DNA of 34,320 bases from a virus (Duplodnaviria; Caudoviricetes), in IMG/VR virus record IMGVR_UViG_3300017912_003643, positions 1-34,320 of that record; one strand, written 5' to 3'. The position numbers were made by a program, and so were the translations under genes. Each line of letters begins with the position of its first letter. Positions within the stretch are counted from its first letter, which is position 1. The notes under the pieces are model-generated. The model saw only the letters and a program-made list of their open reading frames with translations, did not search any database and had not been told where the DNA came from. Shown piece by piece: positions 7,260-19,400 of this stretch.

Positions 7260-10200
7260 TCAAGCTAAAGCAATTACTCTTAGTTCTTTAATCTTAGGAA
7301 CATAACACTGATTTTTAGATGCCAAATTAAGTTTAATTCTGTAGTTTCTAAAAGAGGGTAAGTCATTAACTGTAAATACATACTCTCTATAATCAGTTTG
7401 ATATGGTTCAAAGGAGAAAGAACTTGATTTTACAACAAAACTGTCGGGCAATCCATTACTGTCTTCTGCACTGATAACCTCACCTCTTGTATTCAAGTTT
7501 GAATATCCAGGGAAAGGTGAGAATATAGGATCAGTTCCTTCTTCATTACTAACTGCATAGAATGCTCTCAGATCCGCATCTTCATTTAAATGTGCCGAAA
7601 GAATAATCTTGATGGAAGATGCGGAATTTTCCAATAGAATTTCCTTAGAAACATATTGACATGCTGTAGGATCTTCAAATGGTGAATCAACTCTAGGATC
7701 TGTCGCATAATTTGTAATTACATCATTCACTCTATTGCTAGTCAAAACAGCACTAACTCTTTGACCATCGATAACAGGACTGATTTTGGTATCAGTCGTG
7801 TTCAGGAAGAGTCTCATATTCAACGACTTAGATCCAGGAACAGTGGTCAATTGTGCATCTTCATTTACTTTAGATGCAATCATTCTTGGACTATCAAAAT
7901 AATTCTTCTGATTGATAGTAATATCACTAAATCCAGAATCAATAAATGGAGTTTCATTCCCACTGAAACTTGTAGATGTTGTAGTTCTAAGTTCTCCAGT
8001 AATAACTGTTCCAGGAACTGTTAAATTTTCTACCTTTGGAGTAATCAATTCAAATGGTATATTTTGAGTTGCTCTGACATGATATCCACCAGAAGATTTA
8101 GTCTTTCCAATGTAAAGTTTTGGCCAACCAACATCAGTATTTCTAGCTGTTCCTGTTGCAGAACTCATATCAAGTTTAACTTTGTAAGAATCAAATGTGA
8201 AAGGATCTGATTCTGTTACATTTGCCAAGTCATGGGTTGTATTAATTCTGTTCAAATTAATATCGTTAAATTCATACTTATACACGGCAGTTCCACTTGG
8301 ATATGTTTTTGGATTAGCTCCTCTGACAATATCTCCACCAATAGTGTTTCCATTAACAGTAGTGTATTCTATAATTTCATCACCAATCAAGAGATATCCA
8401 GTATTTGTTGTTCCCACTCCAACTTTTTCAAATGTTTCAAAGTTAGATGCAAGAGCAACAGTAATTGCATCAGTAGAATCTGATGGATATTCTGCAGTAA
8501 GTGTCGTTGGTTTTACATCAGGTGCCACTCCAGACAATATTACAGAGTTATCTGTAAAATACATACCATGATTCTTATGGTTGACATTAAGATGAAGTCC
8601 ATCACTAACAATATTAATCGTTGATATCTGAACATCACCACCAGTTCCAAGTCCTGCAGCACCAGAAGAATTCAACTCAGTGCTGATTCCAGAACTGTTA
8701 AAGAAGAACATTGTATTTGCTGAACCAACAACAAATTCACCTTGAACATTATTAAGGACAAGTTCACTAGTTTGTCCGATACCTGGAATGGTCAATCTTG
8801 CATTTCTACCAAGACTTGCAACACCAATAGTAGTGATTCCAAGAACATCACCAACTTGATATCCAGAACCACCATTCATGATAGTAGCAACACCAATAAC
8901 TCCACTATTGACTGTTACGTCAGCAGTAGCACCTCTACCATTTCCTGTAATAGTTACGAGATTCACTCCACTGAAAGCTTGATTGCCGTCGAGAGGAGTA
9001 TATCCAATTCCAGCATTAGTGACTGTAAGAGTTCCAGTAGCAGTTCCTGCAGTACCTACAAGATCACCAGTTGCATTTGTGCCTGACTGGAAGAAAGTAT
9101 TACCAATTTCATAAACATCTGCAACAGTTGTTCCGAGACCAACTCTAATTTCTCTAGAGTTAGAGTTAATTGGGTTTGATTGCAGTTTTGGAATTTGCTT
9201 GTTTCCTTCAGTTAGTTCTGGACTGTAGAATTCAATGCTTCCATTTTCAATAAAGTCTGCTCTATAAAGAGTAAACTTAAGATCTTCCCACTGACTTGGT
9301 TCCCAAGTTGAAGCATTTTGAGATTTGAATAGAGATCCAATTTGTTGAATGTTTGGTTGGTTTGAGAGGAATGCGTCTGTTAGAATATCATTTTCACCAA
9401 CTCTAGAAATATAAACACTGTACTTGGTTGAGTTGGATGCTAAACAAATTGCATATTCTTTACCACCTTCAAGATAAACTGGTGCTTTAAATTTAATATT
9501 TGTAGCAACAGATCCATCAGAAGAAGTTTCGATATCCTCTGGATCTACATTGATTTCCGAGAATGGTAAGATTCTTCGTGAGGGGAAACCACCCTCCAAA
9601 GTTCTCAACTGGAAAGTCACTGGAATATCCATATCATCTTTAGATCTAAAGAAGATGTCGCAACTAGTCATAAAGACACCAGTTTCTTCCTTAACTAAGA
9701 AAGATTGTGCTAGAGGATCATACCAAGTAACAATTGTTTGAGTTCTTGGTTGACTACTAACCAGTCTAGTTCCAGTTACCTCAGTTCCAAGTTCTCTACT
9801 TACGTTTTCCTCCTCAAATTCTTTCTTCTGTTCAACTTTTGCATTTCTAACAGAGATTATATTCTCTTGGACTTTCTCTAAAGTTCCAGCAGAAGTAAAT
9901 GCTTCTTCAGCAATGGTTGTTGCTAAATCCTGATTATTATCTTCATCATTAACCAAAGTAAACACTTTAGTTCCTGTTTCAAATTTAGGGAAATCTGTAT
10001 TATTTGGATTTGGAATGTAAAAACTTCCTATCAAAGTTGCAGAAAGATCGGAAACAAGTCTAAGGTTGCTAATACTTGCTTCTGCTCCACTTGTTTTACC
10101 TTTAAGAACCATTCCAGTTCTAGCAAATCCATGGAAATCACCCCTAGCTTCCGTAGCAAGTGATGCCACATCAATATTCAAAATATCGGAAGTAGAAGAG

Positions 10201-13200
10201 TATGTTTGAGGTAAATCTCTAACAGTATATGGATTCTGAGAGAAAGTTTTTGTTGGTGAATTATATGGTCCTTCTTTATGATTTGATTGTGCAACCCTAA
10301 AAGTAATTTTAGGAGAAGAGTCTCCCAAATCTTCGGAAAGACCTGTTTTCTGCATGACACCTTCTACAGTTTCTCCAACTTGGAAAGTTCCAGAAGTCAT
10401 TGTGATTTCCAAAAGTTTTGGAACACAGAATTTGGTAACGTCTTTACCATCAAAGAATCCATATAGTCTGGTGAGAGGTTTAACTCTTCTTGCATCAAAT
10501 GTGACGTTCCTTGATCGCATGGTTGTGATCACTGAACTATCGACAACCTTGTCTCCGATAGATGTCTTTTCAAAGTCTTCAACTATGACTGTACGAGTTC
10601 CAGTCCTTTCTTTTACTCCACTTTGAGTTTTAGTTATGATAGTGTCTTCAAAAACTTTATCAGTTACTGTTCTAGTTTCTGTGCGACGAAGAGATCTACC
10701 ACCAGGTCCTTGTCGATCGATTCTAGATGGTCCACCACGCTCTGTTCTTGTTCTAGTGTCTTCTACTTCATCAGTAGCTCCCCAAGTGGTTTCCCAAGAG
10801 TCCCAAAGGATTGAACCAAGCCCAGTTTGAGCATCAATATCACCAGCATCTACAAGTTGATTGAAAGTTTCTGCATAATCACCTTCAGTTTCAATAATTT
10901 TTGCCTCAAGTCTTTGTTGATCAACCCAGTTATCAGATGCTGGAGTTAATTCAATATTTCCATTCCAGAAACTAATCAAGAAAGGAGTTACACTTTCAGT
11001 TCTAGTTGCGAAAGTTTGAGATAGATATTCCTCTTCTGCATAATCTAAAACAATAATATCGTTTGATTCTCTTCTAATATTGGTTCCTTCAATAGTTCCA
11101 AAACTACTATCATCAGTAGAATCAGTATCAACAACTGGTCCGTAAATTAAATCAACTGAAGTTGTATAATGTTTTGGTCTTAGTTCACCATATTTTCTAT
11201 CAATAGAGTTTTGAATACCAAAAGTTACATCTTGAGTTTTGAATCCAGAGAAATTGTCAACGAAGAATCCAGACTTAAATCTATTCAATCCATCATTATC
11301 AGGTAAGAAAAGATTCGCAGTTTCTTTTTCTAAAAGAGAAAGAGTTGTATAATACTCAAGATTTCTAATTCTATCCTCCAATTTTTTGATATCTTGCATT
11401 CGATATCTCTTATATTGACTGAAGGTAATTTTTGCATCTTCAACACTATACAAAAATGGAGGGAGATTTACGGTACAAATTTCGATTGCACCTTCAACTG
11501 GATTTGGTCTAACTGGATCATCTGAAGGAGCTCCATACACAATTTGGAATCTACCATCTTTTGAAAGGAATACCCTATCGATTCTTCCTTGATAATATGA
11601 AACATCTGCAATAATTGCTTCATCAGAAGCAAGAACATTTGACGCAGATTGTCCAGAGGAGTTGAACGTTCTCCCTAAAAATTCAAATGGAGATCTTACT
11701 CCAGTTGATACTGTATAATTAGAAACTCTTGGTCTAATATCAATAATATCAGAATTTCTAAAATTACCTATATCTTTAATTTCAGTAGCATAATCAAATT
11801 GATTATAAGAATTTACCGTTGTTACATCACCATCATCAGTAGATGCATAAGATGCACTAGAGAAATAAATTCTAAGTTGGTTTTCTGGTGCCGTTGCCTT
11901 ATTTTTTCTTCTTATAGAACCATAGTTATAGAAAGTATTTCTTTGTCCAGTTTTAAATGTATAATTCGGTGAAATATTAAAACTTGGTGTGTTTAGTGTT
12001 GAAATTCTAGCATTAAGATTAGAATCTTGGAATGTTACAGTTTCGCCTTGAACAAATACTGCTTGATTCTTGTAAATGAATGAAATGTTTGAATCGTCAA
12101 CTATTTCAACAAGAATTGCTACCGCACCACTATTTTGACCAATGATCCTCTCACCAATTAAAAACTCTGAAGTTGTTGTAGAAGTGCTATTAATATTCAG
12201 CAAAGAAGTTTTAGGTGCAGAAGCTGCACTAGTGTCTGCAGATTCATAAATTCCATGAACCTCTATAACATCTGGGAAATTCAGTGAAATAGTTTCATCT
12301 TCTACTCTGGTTCCAAAGGGATATGTACCATAAACAAGTCCGTTGTTAAGAGTGGTTGATCCGATTCCAGATCCCTCTAATTTAGATTTGTCTACAATAA
12401 TACTATTAACTGGGGTTTTTATTTTTACTTTTGCTTTTGGATTAGTTTTTCTTAAAGTTGCTACCAACGTTGCATCAGTATTGTCTGATCCAAGACCTCT
12501 AATCTGCAGAGTTTTTCCATCAGCCCCAATTTCAAATTTGTCAGAACTTAATGTTTCTGTAGATCCGTCAGATCTAGTCAGAAGATATCTTTCATCATCA
12601 AAAGCTAAGAAAGTTTCGTTTGCTGCTGCTTGTACCTCAGAAGAAAGTTGATTTGATGCAATATTTACAGTAAAAGTTTTTCTAATTGTTAAAACAGATT
12701 CAGAAATATCTACATCAGAAACATTTGCTCTTGGTAATGGTGTGAATAAAGCACTATCTGACGAAGGTGCCAAATCACTTGTTACAATTCTAAAGTCCGA
12801 TACCTCAATTTGAGATGCTGGCAAGAATCCACTGGCAATTCCAGAGACAGTGTTAACTCCTTCAATTGTAATGTGAGTCGCACCAACACTAACAACTCTA
12901 GCTGTAATTGGGTCTTCTGTTAATCCAGCAGAAGTAGTGTCTGTATATTGAATAATATCATTCTCTTTTACAATAGTTCCTGGGAATCTATCATTTGAAG
13001 AACTGCGTACTGTGCTAACTCCACCAGAAGTGGGGGTAATTGTAGCAACTCCGACACGAACCTTAGTTGATTGAATTACATTTGCACTAAAAGTATTAAC
13101 ACCAGTAATTCCATCATCAAGTTCAAGAGTATTAGAAGTTCCGTAAATAGACTTTACATCACTGATTGTATTTGCGGTAACAGCAATTGCAATTCTACCA

Positions 13201-14822
13201 TTTTCTATTCCGTTAAAAGTAAGTCCTTCGTTTACAACGAAGTTACCAGTGGTATCATATACAGTTACTGCAGTTCCTGCATTTACATTATATCTTAAAA
13301 ATCCTGTAGCACCACTTGATTCTCCTTTGACAAAAGTCGGCACATTTAAGGTGTGTGATTGATTAAGTGCAATTTCTGTGGTGGTTTGTACATCAAAAAG
13401 CGCTAAATCCCATTGATTTAGATTAGCATTGGTAGAATTGTAAGACCCAGACTCTAATCTGAAATCATAAACTCTAGCAAGACCAATTTCTTTTCCAGGA
13501 GCAGAATTTTGATCTGACCCAACTCTTTGATTTCGTAAACTTACAGCATAAGTATTGCCAATACCAATAGTCGGAGATCTAAAAACCGTATCAACTCTGA
13601 AAGTTGGTCCAGTATTGTAAATTACATTTTCATTTTCTAGAGTTCTTGTTGTTCTTGGTTTATCTACATCAAGATAAGTGACTCCAAGAGATTCGATTTC
13701 ATATCCTTGAACATATGCTTTTCCTGGAGAGATTTTATATAATGCAAGATTAGCTCTTGCACTTTCTCCACCAGGAGTAAACTGACCTGCATTAAAAATA
13801 CCTGCATTGCCAACATTGTCATTTAAAGAATTAACAACAGTCAGGTCGAAAGGTTTTACATAATAATGCCCAGATTCATCAAAAGTTCTTCTAGCAAGAA
13901 TTTCTGTCCAATCTTTATATCCTGCACCACCACTAAGATTTCCTCTCTTTAAATTAGATGTTTGAAGAATTCCGTTGATTACTGTTGCAAGGAGAATAAA
14001 GTTATCATCATTAAAATCATCCAGTGGTTTTTTAAACAAACTGGTACTAATTCTAAGTCTATCTGCGCCAGGTGCAGCATAGTTATTGTAACCTTGAGAA
14101 TTGTCGTTAAGAGTTTCGTCTAAATCAGAAGTTACAATTTCTTCATTTATAAACAATCCAATTCTATAACTAGGGGTATTAGTGTATTGATCAAGAATTA
14201 AATTTTCTCTGCTTACATTGACAAAATTTCCACGAATAAAATATATACCTTCTTCAATTTGGAATGATGATCCTGTAGCAGCTGCCGCAGTTTCAAAGGT
14301 ATTTGCAAAAGGTGCTCCCGCAGTAATTGTTGTATTACCTAAAAGTCCAGAGCTAATAGTTTCATTGCAAGTTAATGCTTCTCCATCAAAAAATTGTTGA
14401 GTGGAATTATTTGCTGTACTAGAACCAAGATAGTTAATATAAAGTGTTAAGTTACCTCTTTCAGAATCCTCTGGCAAAAGAATACTATCGACAAAGGCAG
14501 TTACTCCTGATCTTTGTCCTGTAATTTTTGTTCCAACTAATTGATCTGCATATGCAGAAACTGGAACTCCTTGATAATTATTTTGAAGTTGAATTGCATA
14601 GTATAATTGATTATACCCAATATTACCTGGAATTACTTTTGCACCCTCTTTAAAGAAATGCTGACCAAATCTTTCAATCTGATTTTGCAGAATTGATTGA
14701 AGAGTAGTTAATTCTCTTGCCTGAACAGGATATCCAGGCTTGAACAATACTTTGTGATAATCGTTCGCTGGATCAAAGTCATCAAAATATGGCGATACGT
14801 TGAGGTTCGTTTGTTGAGGCAT
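7260..14822 (-). CDS. Large virion structural protein, VrlC-like (DUF4815-type)
   Basis: 2520-aa ORF; N-terminus NLNVSPYFDDFD...KVLFKPGYPVQARELTTLQSILQNQ, APGADRLRI, RYRMQDIKKLEDRIRNLEYYTTLSLLE...RFKSGFFVDNF, DPLAQSF and GSLFKSQNASTW motifs; follows gp8 as in cyanomyoviruses. Confidence 0.85.
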   Translation of the reverse strand: MPQQTNLNVSPYFDDFDPANDYHKVLFKPGYPVQARELTTLQSILQNQIERFGQHFFKEGAKVIPGNIGYNQLYYAIQLQNNYQGVPVSAYADQLVGTKITGQRSGVTAFVDSILLPEDSERGNLTLYINYLGSSTANNSTQQFFDGEALTCNETISSGLLGNTTITAGAPFANTFETAAAATGSSFQIEEGIYFIRGNFVNVSRENLILDQYTNTPSYRIGLFINEEIVTSDLDETLNDNSQGYNNYAAPGADRLRISTSLFKKPLDDFNDDNFILLATVINGILQTSNLKRGNLSGGAGYKDWTEILARRTFDESGHYYVKPFDLTVVNSLNDNVGNAGIFNAGQFTPGGESARANLALYKISPGKAYVQGYEIESLGVTYLDVDKPRTTRTLENENVIYNTGPTFRVDTVFRSPTIGIGNTYAVSLRNQRVGSDQNSAPGKEIGLARVYDFRLESGSYNSTNANLNQWDLALFDVQTTTEIALNQSHTLNVPTFVKGESSGATGFLRYNVNAGTAVTVYDTTGNFVVNEGLTFNGIENGRIAIAVTANTISDVKSIYGTSNTLELDDGITGVNTFSANVIQSTKVRVGVATITPTSGGVSTVRSSSNDRFPGTIVKENDIIQYTDTTSAGLTEDPITARVVSVGATHITIEGVNTVSGIASGFLPASQIEVSDFRIVTSDLAPSSDSALFTPLPRANVSDVDISESVLTIRKTFTVNIASNQLSSEVQAAANETFLAFDDERYLLTRSDGSTETLSSDKFEIGADGKTLQIRGLGSDNTDATLVATLRKTNPKAKVKIKTPVNSIIVDKSKLEGSGIGSTTLNNGLVYGTYPFGTRVEDETISLNFPDVIEVHGIYESADTSAASAPKTSLLNINSTSTTTSEFLIGERIIGQNSGAVAILVEIVDDSNISFIYKNQAVFVQGETVTFQDSNLNARISTLNTPSFNISPNYTFKTGQRNTFYNYGSIRRKNKATAPENQLRIYFSSASYASTDDGDVTTVNSYNQFDYATEIKDIGNFRNSDIIDIRPRVSNYTVSTGVRSPFEFLGRTFNSSGQSASNVLASDEAIIADVSYYQGRIDRVFLSKDGRFQIVYGAPSDDPVRPNPVEGAIEICTVNLPPFLYSVEDAKITFSQYKRYRMQDIKKLEDRIRNLEYYTTLSLLEKETANLFLPDNDGLNRFKSGFFVDNFSGFKTQDVTFGIQNSIDRKYGELRPKHYTTSVDLIYGPVVDTDSTDDSSFGTIEGTNIRRESNDIIVLDYAEEEYLSQTFATRTESVTPFLISFWNGNIELTPASDNWVDQQRLEAKIIETEGDYAETFNQLVDAGDIDAQTGLGSILWDSWETTWGATDEVEDTRTRTERGGPSRIDRQGPGGRSLRRTETRTVTDKVFEDTIITKTQSGVKERTGTRTVIVEDFEKTSIGDKVVDSSVITTMRSRNVTFDARRVKPLTRLYGFFDGKDVTKFCVPKLLEITMTSGTFQVGETVEGVMQKTGLSEDLGDSSPKITFRVAQSNHKEGPYNSPTKTFSQNPYTVRDLPQTYSSTSDILNIDVASLATEARGDFHGFARTGMVLKGKTSGAEASISNLRLVSDLSATLIGSFYIPNPNNTDFPKFETGTKVFTLVNDEDNNQDLATTIAEEAFTSAGTLEKVQENIISVRNAKVEQKKEFEEENVSRELGTEVTGTRLVSSQPRTQTIVTWYDPLAQSFLVKEETGVFMTSCDIFFRSKDDMDIPVTFQLRTLEGGFPSRRILPFSEINVDPEDIETSSDGSVATNIKFKAPVYLEGGKEYAICLASNSTKYSVYISRVGENDILTDAFLSNQPNIQQIGSLFKSQNASTWEPSQWEDLKFTLYRADFIENGSIEFYSPELTEGNKQIPKLQSNPINSNSREIRVGLGTTVADVYEIGNTFFQSGTNATGDLVGTAGTATGTLTVTNAGIGYTPLDGNQAFSGVNLVTITGNGRGATADVTVNSGVIGVATIMNGGSGYQVGDVLGITTIGVASLGRNARLTIPGIGQTSELVLNNVQGEFVVGSANTMFFFNSSGISTELNSSGAAGLGTGGDVQISTINIVSDGLHLNVNHKNHGMYFTDNSVILSGVAPDVKPTTLTAEYPSDSTDAITVALASNFETFEKVGVGTTNTGYLLIGDEIIEYTTVNGNTIGGDIVRGANPKTYPSGTAVYKYEFNDINLNRINTTHDLANVTESDPFTFDSYKVKLDMSSATGTARNTDVGWPKLYIGKTKSSGGYHVRATQNIPFELITPKVENLTVPGTVITGELRTTTSTSFSGNETPFIDSGFSDITINQKNYFDSPRMIASKVNEDAQLTTVPGSKSLNMRLFLNTTDTKISPVIDGQRVSAVLTSNRVNDVITNYATDPRVDSPFEDPTACQYVSKEILLENSASSIKIILSAHLNEDADLRAFYAVSNEEGTDPIFSPFPGYSNLNTRGEVISAEDSNGLPDSFVVKSSSFSFEPYQTDYREYVFTVNDLPSFRNYRIKLNLASKNQCYVPKIKELRVIALA

Positions 14823-14828
14823 AATTCT

Positions 14829-16382
14829 TTAGAACTGCAAAATAACTTTTATGTCTTCCTTTTGGTTTGACGATCTGGTTATAGATGGTCTGTTATCAAC
14901 GTAAATAATATTACCAGAGTGTTTTTTGACCTCGGGATTGGCAATACCACTCGTAAAGCTTTGACCAAGATAGTATGTACGATTATTTATTACAGTTGAT
15001 ACACCCGTAAAGTCTGTATCAATCGTCAAATCAGTTCCAGTAGATGGAACAATCGTCAAACTTCCACCAGTCCCTGGACTGGAAGTAAATTCTTTCAAAT
15101 CAAATCCATATGTTGGATTAGTCTGTGCAGTTCCAACAGTATTGAAACCAGCAAGTGATCTGTCCTGCCAATATTTTAAAACACCTGTTGTTTGATCATA
15201 ACTAACAACTCTTCCTACAGCAGTATTGCCAGTAGAAACTGTTTGGGTAAAATAAGAATCCGCAGTGAAGGTTGCGGTGCTATATCCAGTTCCGACTAGT
15301 CTCAAAGCATTTGTTGCTGCAGCTTTGTCTGCAGTTAGAAGAGTCGTTGATCCAAATTGTTCTGGATTTTCAACAAGACCAATTCTTGCTATTTGATTGC
15401 CCGTAATAAAATCTGGATTTTGATTATCATTTTCAATTCTAGAATATACTAGAACATTATATGCACCAAGTTCTCTATAAATGTCTGCACCATGACCACC
15501 TTGTGGTGGCACAATAACATCAAAAGTTGGTCTTGATGTTCCTGTTGGAACTCCTCCAGCAACTAAATCAACACTTCCGAAAGTGTATCCAGAACCTTGA
15601 CTAGAAACTGTTACAGAACTTACCTGCTGATTTCCATCAATAACAATCGTACATTCTGCACCAGTTCCATCTCCTCTGATAGGGACTGAGGAATATACAC
15701 TATTTGCCGTTCCTAGACCAACACCTTTATTTGTAACAGTTACGATTTTAATAGAACCATCTACAGCATTGTCTCTAACCGCAGAATTTACAGTTGATGT
15801 TTCCCAATCTGCGGGAACAGGCATGTATTGCGTGGATTCAAATTTTGCTACATCACTTGGAGAAATAGTATACAAATATTTCCAAATATATCCATCACCA
15901 CTAGTCCCAGCTGCCCTTGGTTCTAGATCAGTAAATGTTGGTTCGTCAAGAGAAGGTTGTCCAGTTGGAGTGTCTGGTGTAGTTCCGTTCTGTAAGCAAA
16001 TATAGACTCTAAAGTCACTATTCATTACAAAATAAGTTGACAAATAAAGAGAGGTTGATCCTGATACAGCAGCAGTGTTTGTTCTGCTATAATCATGTCG
16101 GTACATATCATAAGTTGTACCCGATGACCATGTTCTTTTGGGAACAACTTGTTTTATATCTGAAGATCCAATTTTCTTCAGAGCAACCATTGTATCCCAA
16201 TAGTCATTTTCCTGATCAAAATTATCTTTAGGGGCAGGTGGACCCTGATCCCAGTCAGATTGATAATCTGCAGGATTAGTCAGACCAACAAAAGAATAAT
16301 AAGAATTGCTGGAGTTTGTCACCCCAGCAACAAAATTTTTAGCATTTAATATCCTAATCTGATCAGTTATAATGGCAGCCAT
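14829..16382 (-). CDS. gp8: Baseplate wedge subunit
   Basis: MAAIITDQIRILNAKNFV...WSSGTTYDMYRHDY...VYICLQNG...DGYIWKYLYTI and C-terminal SGNIIYVDNRPSITRSSNQKEDIKVILQF. Confidence 0.92.
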   Translation of the reverse strand: MAAIITDQIRILNAKNFVAGVTNSSNSYYSFVGLTNPADYQSDWDQGPPAPKDNFDQENDYWDTMVALKKIGSSDIKQVVPKRTWSSGTTYDMYRHDYSRTNTAAVSGSTSLYLSTYFVMNSDFRVYICLQNGTTPDTPTGQPSLDEPTFTDLEPRAAGTSGDGYIWKYLYTISPSDVAKFESTQYMPVPADWETSTVNSAVRDNAVDGSIKIVTVTNKGVGLGTANSVYSSVPIRGDGTGAECTIVIDGNQQVSSVTVSSQGSGYTFGSVDLVAGGVPTGTSRPTFDVIVPPQGGHGADIYRELGAYNVLVYSRIENDNQNPDFITGNQIARIGLVENPEQFGSTTLLTADKAAATNALRLVGTGYSTATFTADSYFTQTVSTGNTAVGRVVSYDQTTGVLKYWQDRSLAGFNTVGTAQTNPTYGFDLKEFTSSPGTGGSLTIVPSTGTDLTIDTDFTGVSTVINNRTYYLGQSFTSGIANPEVKKHSGNIIYVDNRPSITRSSNQKEDIKVILQF

Positions 16383-16401
16383 TTTGGACAGAGTTTTTCT
16401 T

Positions 16402-16408
16402 TATTTAT
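16402..16408 (-). promoter_or_regulatory. T4-like late promoter (ATAAATA)
   Basis: TAATAAATAAA in the gp7-gp8 intergenic gap, about 20 nt upstream of the gp8 ATG. Confidence 0.65.
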
Positions 16409-16418
16409 TAACGAAAGT

Positions 16419-19400
16419 CTAGATATAATTTGAGGACTTCAGGAAATTAGATCTTACGATCATTGTTGATGTCGTAATACCAGATCCCTCTGTGAGACCC
16501 ACTCCAGATTGTGTATATGCATTATATGTATTCGTGTTACCACGATCAACCACTTCAATCTTGCCCCAACTAAATTGTCCTAAACCATCTCCAGAAGTTG
16601 TTATTCCAGAGAAACCATTAGCAAATCCATCGACATTAACAAATAACCTCTTGACATTTGTTGTGATTCCAGAAACACTAGTTGTCAATCCTTCAATAGA
16701 GGCAACTTGATAGACATTATCCGCAAATGAAGTACCAACACCAACGATCGCTCCAGAGTCATCAAAAGATGTTACTGATGTTGATGCAAGACCAACATTA
16801 GATCTTCTAACAATAAAGTAATCATATTGTTGAATAGAAGTAATGGTGACCGCTGTCCCTGCAATGTTACTATTTCTAAGGAACGAATCATATGGAATAT
16901 GAACATCAAAGATTAATTGAGTAGTTCCAATTCCAACTGATGTAGATCCAAATCCAACAATAATACCATTATCTCCATAGTAATTATTAACAGAGACTTC
17001 CTCTTCTGTATATGCAGGAGGTGAGAACAGAACAGTTGGTGGATTTGTATTTGTGTACCCTACTCCAGGATCTGTGATTGCAACACCTGTTACTGTTCCT
17101 CCTGCACTAATTGTAACTGAACCAAATGCTCTAGAAGAAGAGGTATATCCAAAACTTACTGTTGCAGTAGAGTATCCAATACCACCATCAGAAATAACAA
17201 CCGAGGAAATAGTTCCAAGTCCAGATACTACCGCAGTTCCAGCAGCACCAGTCTTCTCTTCTTGAGTAATAAACTTGATCTTATTCTGGAAAGATCTAGC
17301 ACTTGCTTCATTTGCACTATTAAATAGTGGTCTTAAAGTATCCACGTAAATTGCAGTTGACCCAACACCTACAGATTTGATAATGTAAGCACTTGGATTA
17401 ATTACTGGTTCATAGAGTTCTCTATCCTTTCCAGTTGGAATTTGATTAATGATCTTGTCTTCAGTTTGCCTACACCATGTTACAGGTCTTGTTAAAGTAA
17501 CATCTTCAGTTTTTCCTGGACCATGATATGCATTTGTTTCAACATTTCCAGTTGATTTGATAGATAAAACACTTCTTACATCTTCTTCCAAATAATCTGG
17601 TTGAGAGGAGAATGGTTTTAACTGTAAAGTATCTCCTTTTTTGACAGTCTCAATAACGTCTCTGAAGATGACATCACTATCACCATTTCCTTTATAGAAA
17701 ATAATTTTTGCTTTATCCCCAACCTTAAGTGCTTCAGTAAACGTTATGGTGCTACCACCACTAAATTCATAACCAACACCAGGAACCTGAAGAACATCAT
17801 TAACAAATACAATAAGAACATCTTGAACATCAATTTTTGATCCAGGTGAAGAAACAATAGAAACTGAAGATCCGTTTTGTTTTAATGGGAAATCTTTTGT
17901 TGTACCATCAATAAATTCATCAATATTGTCTAAAATTTGCAATGTTCCCAAAGACCACCCAGAGAACTTATCACTAATAACTTCATCAATAGTGAGTTGG
18001 AATTCATTGCCAGAATATGAAGTTGAGGTAGGAATTCCAGTTGTTCCACCAATCGCAACTGTCAGAATGTCTCCGTTACCATATCCATATCCAGTATTCT
18101 TTATTTCAAAGTCAATAACACTTGAACCTTGTCCAACAACAATGTCAACTGTAGCTTCAGTTCCAATTCCAAGATTTGAAGAAGAACTATAGTGAAGACT
18201 CATATTTGAATATGAGACTGGTGCATCAAATACAACAAACGGTTGATTTGTAGAGGTATACCCAGTTCCTGGATTTGTAATTGCAACACTTACAATATGA
18301 CCACCACTAATTGCAGCAGTTCCAATGAACTCAATATTACCAGTTCCAGTGCTAGAAGTTCCCACACCAACGTTCACTGTTGTTTGAATTCCAGATCTAT
18401 ATCCAGATCCACTATTTCCAATGCTGATAGATTCAATGGTTCCAGCAGCAGAAACAACAGCAGTTCCTCCAGCAGAAATTAGTGGTTGATATCCAAATCC
18501 CTCTGTTGATCCAACAGAAACTATAATTCCACCCTTAGGGAAACTGGAGATTCCAACATCAGGTCCAAGAGGAGTTTGTGGAACAGTTCCATTGAAAACT
18601 GCTGATGTAATACCAGAATTCTCTTCTAAGATATAATCTTCTTGTGATCCAGGGACTTGGAAAATATCATTAATAAGAATGACTGCATTTTCGGCAGTAA
18701 TTCCAGTTACATTAGATCCCTCTTGTTTCAGGGTAAAAGTATCTTCGGATCCAGTAAATTTATCAGACACATTGTCAAAAATATAATTCTTGGCATAAGA
18801 AGCATCTGATCCATTTTCTACACCAGATCTCATGAAAGATCTTCCTTGGAAACTTGAAGATGAAGTAATTCCTGACCAATCTCTTTCATCGGGTGGATTA
18901 GTAGCAGTTCCGATTGGAGTTTTTCCAAAGGGTGCTTCAGCAAAATTAAGATGATTATTAACAATATTATAGTTACCAGAAACTTTAGTAACTAAATCTC
19001 CAGTGTTTCCAACACCTGCAGGTGTCCCTAACCAAGATCTGCGAACTCTGATGGCATTTGTTTTACCTATACCAATACCTTCGATCTTCATAATTTCATT
19101 TCCAATTTTAATCAAGTCAGCACCAAAGAATGATGTTATTCCAATAAACTCAATAGTTTCGGTGAGTGCAGTAAAGTTTGTAGATAATCCTGTTGTTACT
19201 GCAGTGGCAACAATTGGAGATTGGATAAGATTATCAATAGCAACCATCACCTTAGCATTCTGATTTGTTGCTACAAATCTATGCGAAGTTCCAATACCAA
19301 CACTCTCAAGATCTACGACAACTGGACTGGTCTTAAGTGCATTTTCTGCACTAGTTGCAATCTTAATAAGATTATCATCAACCTTTACAGCATATAGATT

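Noticed and set aside
7260-14822. Virulence function implied by the VrlC name
   Set aside because: The name is historical; context and motifs indicate a virion structural protein.
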